A stretch of DNA of 64,000 nt from a virus (taxonomy: Duplodnaviria; Caudoviricetes): positions 1 to 64,000 of IMG/VR virus record IMGVR_UViG_3300030376_001612; one strand, written 5' to 3'. Under the pieces are notes generated by a model. It saw only the letters and a program-made list of their open reading frames with translations, ran no database searches and had not been told where the DNA came from. Position 1 is the stretch's first letter. Each line of letters begins with the position of its first letter. Of this stretch, positions 59,123-64,000 are shown piece after piece. The position numbers and the translations under genes are program-made.

Positions 59123-59665
59123 ATGAAAAAATTATTATTATTATTTTCTTTACTCCTAATAGGATGTGAAAAGGAAGAAGTCATCCCAGAACCAGAAGTA
59201 CTTTTTGAAATATCATTAGATGGTGTTTCATTTGATCCATATGAAAGATATTCTGTAGTCAACACATTTGGTGCTGTAAAAGATGTTGATGGATTTAGAA
59301 GAAAGATTTTTGTACTCTATCTTCAGATAGATGATGGCCCTCCTAGATTAGATAGACAACACTTTGCTTTATTTACTTATGACTTAGAAGGTGATATGGA
59401 TGAGGACCTATTAGATACTGGAATGTATGACCATGAAGGTACAGATGATAAGCTAGCTGGGTTAGAAATCATAGGAGAAAATGACTACGTTAACTGGGCT
59501 TATGTTGATGTGCAGTTAGTAGTTGACGGTAAGATTAATCTAGAAGGTAGCGGTGAGTTTTACAACCCTTATATTGACCAAGTACAAGTAGCAGAGTTCA
59601 AAATAGAAAACATGCCTATAGGAACAGATATAGAAGCTACTCCTTACGGATACTTAATTAATTAA
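59123..59665 (+). CDS. Acidic lipoprotein
   Basis: LLIGC lipobox followed by EKEE. Confidence 0.65.
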   Translation: MKKLLLLFSLLLIGCEKEEVIPEPEVLFEISLDGVSFDPYERYSVVNTFGAVKDVDGFRRKIFVLYLQIDDGPPRLDRQHFALFTYDLEGDMDEDLLDTGMYDHEGTDDKLAGLEIIGENDYVNWAYVDVQLVVDGKINLEGSGEFYNPYIDQVQVAEFKIENMPIGTDIEATPYGYLIN

Positions 59666-62600
59666 TCAATATAAAAGTCTTGTCTTTTTAGGAACCCTTG
59701 CCATTTCTGTATGGTGTATAATGCTGGTATAGCATCAAACCATTCTTTCTTCATTTTCAATTGACCTTTCTTAGGTTTGTATTGATAATATAAATCAGAA
59801 TCTTTTAGCATCTGTCTGTGCTCTCTTTTTGATATACCCCACTCTCCATCTAAACCACCTACAGGTGTAGCCATTACACCTCTTTGGTAAGCAAAGTTAA
59901 ATGAACTTGTGAATGCCTCACCTATCTGACCTAGATTTCTAGAAGATGCAATAGGATCACTAATAAATTCACTCATTAGTCCCACACCACTATCAAACCC
60001 TTTTGCAGAAACAAAAGCAGGAACATACATTACAAGTTCTTTATATGTTCTATCTGCTTGATAAATAGCTAGGTTTCTCAACCTTCTCAAAGTTGGGTCC
60101 ATATCATCATCATCATCATCAAATAATCCCATTAATAAATAATGACTTAGAGCAGCTGCTTGAATCATAGCTATATCTGCCAAAGTTCTTTTTATTCCGT
60201 ATAACTTATTTTGTAGTCTTTCTTGTTCTTGTGCGCCTTGACCTTCTTTACCATACTCTTCTTCCATGTATGTCTTAAAGTTTGCAGCCTTAAAGTTAGC
60301 TTGCCCAATTTGTTTAAACATATAACCAAAGAATCTCATAGCAGATATATATCTACCTTCCATCCAACCTAGGTTTTCATCAAAGTATTCTCTTTGGAAT
60401 CTTGCTCTAATAGCAGGAGCTAACCATTTTTTAAACTGGAATATAAGCTGGCCTATATTTTGTCTTTGTAATAGCACTCTGTCTTCTCTAGCATAGTTAC
60501 CGTGTATCTGCTTATTAACCTCACGCATTTTCATTCTTAAATCAAACCTATAGTTTTCAGTAAATTCTTTAATTGTTTCATTACCTCTTAGATCTTTCTC
60601 TACAACTTGATCAAAGCCTTCTTTTAGTATAGCAGTTTGAGTTTGTGGATCAAAGTAATGAGCATCATAATAACTTAGTCTTTCACCGGTTGCACTATTT
60701 TGCATTGTCAAGTCCATAAGTATACTCATACCTACTGTTGTTTGTACTTTATATTCTGCTGCGTCTTGTAAAGAGTAACCAAATGCTTTAAGATTATCTA
60801 GTGTAAACAAATCATCACTCATTGCTCCTTGACCCTGAATAGATTCACGTATGTCTGCATAAGAATCCATCATCCTTTCTTTGAGTGCCATAGCCTCCCA
60901 TTTGTTCATAGGCTTTCTAGGATCATATCTATTACCTTTTCCTCTAGTTGATGAGTAAGCTAATCTCTTCATCATACCTTGACCAATATTGAGACCGTAA
61001 AATTCAGAGTTTGCTCTAGCATAAGCTTTTCTGCTAAAGAATCTTTGACCCAAAGCCTCTATAGAGTTATTGGCAGATGCTATAGCTAAGTTGTTTATGT
61101 TACCTATTGCGTTAAATGCTACATAAGATAAAGAAGAATACTGTATAGCTAAGTTTGTAAGTTTGTCAAACACAGTTTGAGTCATCTCATCTTTGTTATA
61201 GAATACCATAGAGAACCAGCCTGCAAGTCTTTTCTTAGTATTTTCTTGTTCTTTGGTCTTATTACCTCTTTTACTAGCTAGCTGTCTTATATTATCTACA
61301 CCAGCTTTTGCATATCTAATAATACCTTTTGCTTTATTCTCAGAATATACTCTGTTATCTACTATCTCTTTTATACCAAGAAGTGTGTCTTCTATATCAT
61401 TCATAGCTTCATACATAGAAGACATAGCTGTAAACTTGATAAGAGAATCAGCAAAGTCCATACTTATTTCATCTGCATTAGGTGCACCTAATATAGCTTT
61501 CTTTTGTGATTCTAATATTTCTAACTCCTCTTTATATTGTTCCCCTGTTACCTTTTTATCTTTTCTTAGCTGATCTAAATTTTGAATTTTTTCATTAATC
61601 TCATTTAGTTGTTTCTCAGTCCTAGGTCTACCAACAAACATAATAGGTATTGAATCAATCATATTACCATTAGCATCAAGGGCAACTCTTCTAAAACTTA
61701 TTGTTTCTTTGAATGTGTCTTTTATGTCTCTTCCCATCTGTCTCAAGAAACCTGGCAGGAGTCCTCTTTTTTTAGCTTCTGATAAAATTTTACCTCTAAC
61801 TATAGGAGCATAACCAAGCATACTATCTCTTACACCCATAGGTAATAAAGCAAGCTGCTCTTTATATACTTCCATATAATGATTATAGAACTCTCTTCTT
61901 GCAACACCTAGTGCTGTACTATCCGTCATAAGTTTATTATACTTATCACTTTGTAAATCAGTTCTATCTGTTCTTGCTTGCCTGTATTTTCTTTTTGGAA
62001 AAGACATTTTAGCTGGTATCAATCTACCTGTTGGCTCACCATTTTTTTTCTCCATGATTTGTGCATCTTCCACAACATCATAGTGTTCAAGATAAAATTG
62101 TTCTTGTTGCTCTTGTGTAACATTAGCTTTGAATATCCAAAATCCATGATTTCCTTGAGGTACATAGGTCATAAACTTAGATCTAATATCTTTCCATTCT
62201 TGTGTATATTCATGAAATTCACCGGCTATTGGCTCACCATTATCATCTTTAGTCTCTGCTCTCCAGAAAGCGCTGTGTGCTTGTCTAGCAGCATACAAAT
62301 CTAAATTGTATTTAATATCTGCAGCGTTAGCTGTTTCTAGGTCTGTTATTTCTCTATACTCTTTCCAGTCTCCATTTTCATGACGTAGCTTACTTCTAAG
62401 CTCTTCCATTTTACCATAGTATTTATCTCCTAATTTTTGGACATATCTACCTGTAAATTTACCGTCTACCATTTCTGCCATAAATTCAAAGACATCTCTA
62501 GGATCTTTGAGTCCAGTAAGCTTATATAATTTGTTACCTAATATTCTTGTCTTAGCACTTCTTTCTTCACCTCTAGTCTGACCTCTTAATCTTGCTCTAC

Positions 62601-64000
62601 TAAATTCTTTAGCTACAAGAGCAAGTAGTGTGTCAGGAAGTGTTGCTAGATCTCTTGTATTAAGATTCATAAAACTAGTATCTTCTGCAGCTCTAACAAT
62701 TTCTTTTAATTCTTTTTCTGTAAAGTCTCTATTAGAATTGTTTTTTACATAGTTGGCTCCCCAATCTAACAAAGATTTTCTTATTAATCCAGTCTCATAG
62801 TTATTACCTTCTACTTGTATTAGTTTACTTGTTAAGTTTTGCACTAATATCAACTCGCTTTTATTTAGTAAATCTGAATTACTAATAGTATTTAATGCAA
62901 GATATGATTGTGCAAACTTCTGAAAATTTTGTAAGTATGTTATAAAGTTAGGATCATTTAAGTTTTTAGGATCATTTACATACTCTATAAATGTATTTAT
63001 TTCTTTAATTGCATCACGTATAAGCTGACTATACACATTGCTTTGCAGTGCAACAGAGTCTGGATTTACTGTATCTAATGCAACCATAATACTTGCTAAA
63101 GCATTATTTGTATATTGCAATGCTTGCTCATTTGTCTTATCTACATACAGTCTTTTCTTATAGTTTTCTAATTCTTTTCTTCTTTCTAGAATGTGCTTTT
63201 GATAATTTTTAATATTAGTATTAATAGTTTTATATCTATTTGCATCAAACTCTGGACTTGTTGGATACTCAATATTATCCTCTATGATACTAGGATCATT
63301 AATAGGATCATATTTAAGTTTTCTTTTCCTTATAGTTTTAATTTTTTCTGCTGCTATAGGATCAATATTAATAGGTATCAACATATTTACATAATCCATA
63401 TTTAAAGATGCAGGATGTGCAACCATATCTCCCATTGTATATGTGCCTAAAAATCTTTGATTTTTTCCTGAACCTTTTATATCTACATGAACATGAAATG
63501 TTGTTGCAGAATAAGCATCTGTTGCAACTTCATATCCCATATTCTCAAACATTCTCTTATACATATTAACTTGCATACCATGCTTACCTCTTGTAGATAA
63601 TCTTTCAACTCCTTTTTGTTTTAATAAACTATCATTCTGTAGATTCCATTGTCTTTTATATTGTTCTTTTGCAGTAGTGCTATATGCTGTCTTACTAGTT
63701 TTTAAATCAATAATTTTAATTCTTCCTTCAGGTGTAATTCCTACAATATCTGCAGTACCTGCTATCTTGGTAGCGTTGTCAAATACAACCACCTGCGGTA
63801 TAAAAATAGTACCATCTGCCTTTAGACCTCTTATATAATTACTTAAATCATTATATACATTATCTAAAAGCTTTCTATCATTTTTAAACTTACTGCTGTC
63901 TACTTCTTGTAACTCGTTGAAGATCTGATCTGCTGTTTTATCTGAAAGTATTCCGTCTACAACACTATCAAAGTCATTACCTACTGCTAAATTTTCTTGT
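59662..64000 (-). CDS. Giant virion (cargo/ejection) protein with PD-(D/E)XK domain, 3' part
   Basis: Frame stays open past 63792 to window edge; IAGTADIV...IIDLKTS...Q.NMY; helical body; QFKKW..EGRY C-terminal region. Confidence 0.7.
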   Translation of the reverse strand, partial: QENLAVGNDFDSVVDGILSDKTADQIFNELQEVDSSKFKNDRKLLDNVYNDLSNYIRGLKADGTIFIPQVVVFDNATKIAGTADIVGITPEGRIKIIDLKTSKTAYSTTAKEQYKRQWNLQNDSLLKQKGVERLSTRGKHGMQVNMYKRMFENMGYEVATDAYSATTFHVHVDIKGSGKNQRFLGTYTMGDMVAHPASLNMDYVNMLIPINIDPIAAEKIKTIRKRKLKYDPINDPSIIEDNIEYPTSPEFDANRYKTINTNIKNYQKHILERRKELENYKKRLYVDKTNEQALQYTNNALASIMVALDTVNPDSVALQSNVYSQLIRDAIKEINTFIEYVNDPKNLNDPNFITYLQNFQKFAQSYLALNTISNSDLLNKSELILVQNLTSKLIQVEGNNYETGLIRKSLLDWGANYVKNNSNRDFTEKELKEIVRAAEDTSFMNLNTRDLATLPDTLLALVAKEFSRARLRGQTRGEERSAKTRILGNKLYKLTGLKDPRDVFEFMAEMVDGKFTGRYVQKLGDKYYGKMEELRSKLRHENGDWKEYREITDLETANAADIKYNLDLYAARQAHSAFWRAETKDDNGEPIAGEFHEYTQEWKDIRSKFMTYVPQGNHGFWIFKANVTQEQQEQFYLEHYDVVEDAQIMEKKNGEPTGRLIPAKMSFPKRKYRQARTDRTDLQSDKYNKLMTDSTALGVARREFYNHYMEVYKEQLALLPMGVRDSMLGYAPIVRGKILSEAKKRGLLPGFLRQMGRDIKDTFKETISFRRVALDANGNMIDSIPIMFVGRPRTEKQLNEINEKIQNLDQLRKDKKVTGEQYKEELEILESQKKAILGAPNADEISMDFADSLIKFTAMSSMYEAMNDIEDTLLGIKEIVDNRVYSENKAKGIIRYAKAGVDNIRQLASKRGNKTKEQENTKKRLAGWFSMVFYNKDEMTQTVFDKLTNLAIQYSSLSYVAFNAIGNINNLAIASANNSIEALGQRFFSRKAYARANSEFYGLNIGQGMMKRLAYSSTRGKGNRYDPRKPMNKWEAMALKERMMDSYADIRESIQGQGAMSDDLFTLDNLKAFGYSLQDAAEYKVQTTVGMSILMDLTMQNSATGERLSYYDAHYFDPQTQTAILKEGFDQVVEKDLRGNETIKEFTENYRFDLRMKMREVNKQIHGNYAREDRVLLQRQNIGQLIFQFKKWLAPAIRARFQREYFDENLGWMEGRYISAMRFFGYMFKQIGQANFKAANFKTYMEEEYGKEGQGAQEQERLQNKLYGIKRTLADIAMIQAAALSHYLLMGLFDDDDDDMDPTLRRLRNLAIYQADRTYKELVMYVPAFVSAKGFDSGVGLMSEFISDPIASSRNLGQIGEAFTSSFNFAYQRGVMATPVGGLDGEWGISKREHRQMLKDSDLYYQYKPKKGQLKMKKEWFDAIPALYTIQKWQGFLKRQDFYID

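Noticed and set aside
2104-63405. Antisense or alternate-frame ORFs in the track (e.g. 4499, 7832, 12935, 13683, 18292, 33070, 51753, 54163, 61253, 61978)
   Set aside because: Shadows of well-supported genes, with Ser/Phe/Leu-rich composition typical of reverse-frame reads
1-64000. Stop-codon reassignment as in some gut crAss-like phages
   Set aside because: TerL, portal, MCP, PolB and RNR are full length in the standard code, and genes end at TAA, TAG and TGA with tight packing
1-64000. tRNA genes, CRISPR arrays, integrase, transposase, reverse transcriptase/DGR
   Set aside because: No cloverleaf, repeat-spacer array or diagnostic motif seen by eye; tRNAscan/CRT were not run

Overview
A 64 kb AT-rich segment of a crAss-like (Crassvirales-type) phage of a Bacteroidota/Flavobacteriia host, read in the standard genetic code; the taxonomy is inferred from gene order and motifs, not from a search. 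1-19.35 kb (minus strand) is the head/packaging block: fibre proteins, crAss gene 73/74/75-like proteins, major capsid, scaffold-like protein, portal, TerL, GroES, PD-(D/E)XK nuclease, HU/IHF-like protein, amidase endolysin and thermonuclease. A structured strand-switch region at 19.35-20.15 kb is a candidate terminus/origin. 19.5-46.9 kb (plus strand) is the early/replication block: envelope proteins, SF2 helicase, UDG, DnaB, AAA/SSB, primase, resolvase, a metallopeptidase-vWA/MoxR-type AAA module, PolB, a spore-photoproduct-lyase-like radical SAM enzyme and a dATP/dGTP diphosphohydrolase. 47-53.6 kb (minus) holds fibres, holins and very basic small proteins. 53.7-59.7 kb (plus) holds a class Id-like RNR and an all-exported five-gene operon with a beta-barrel. 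The window ends inside a giant virion protein with a nuclease domain. Best leads: a 24-bp intergenic motif that looks like a phage-RNAP promoter, the vWA/AAA module with paralogous partner proteins, the SPL with CX3CX4C spacing, the outer-membrane operon, and an A-AAA-AAG -1 frameshift site.
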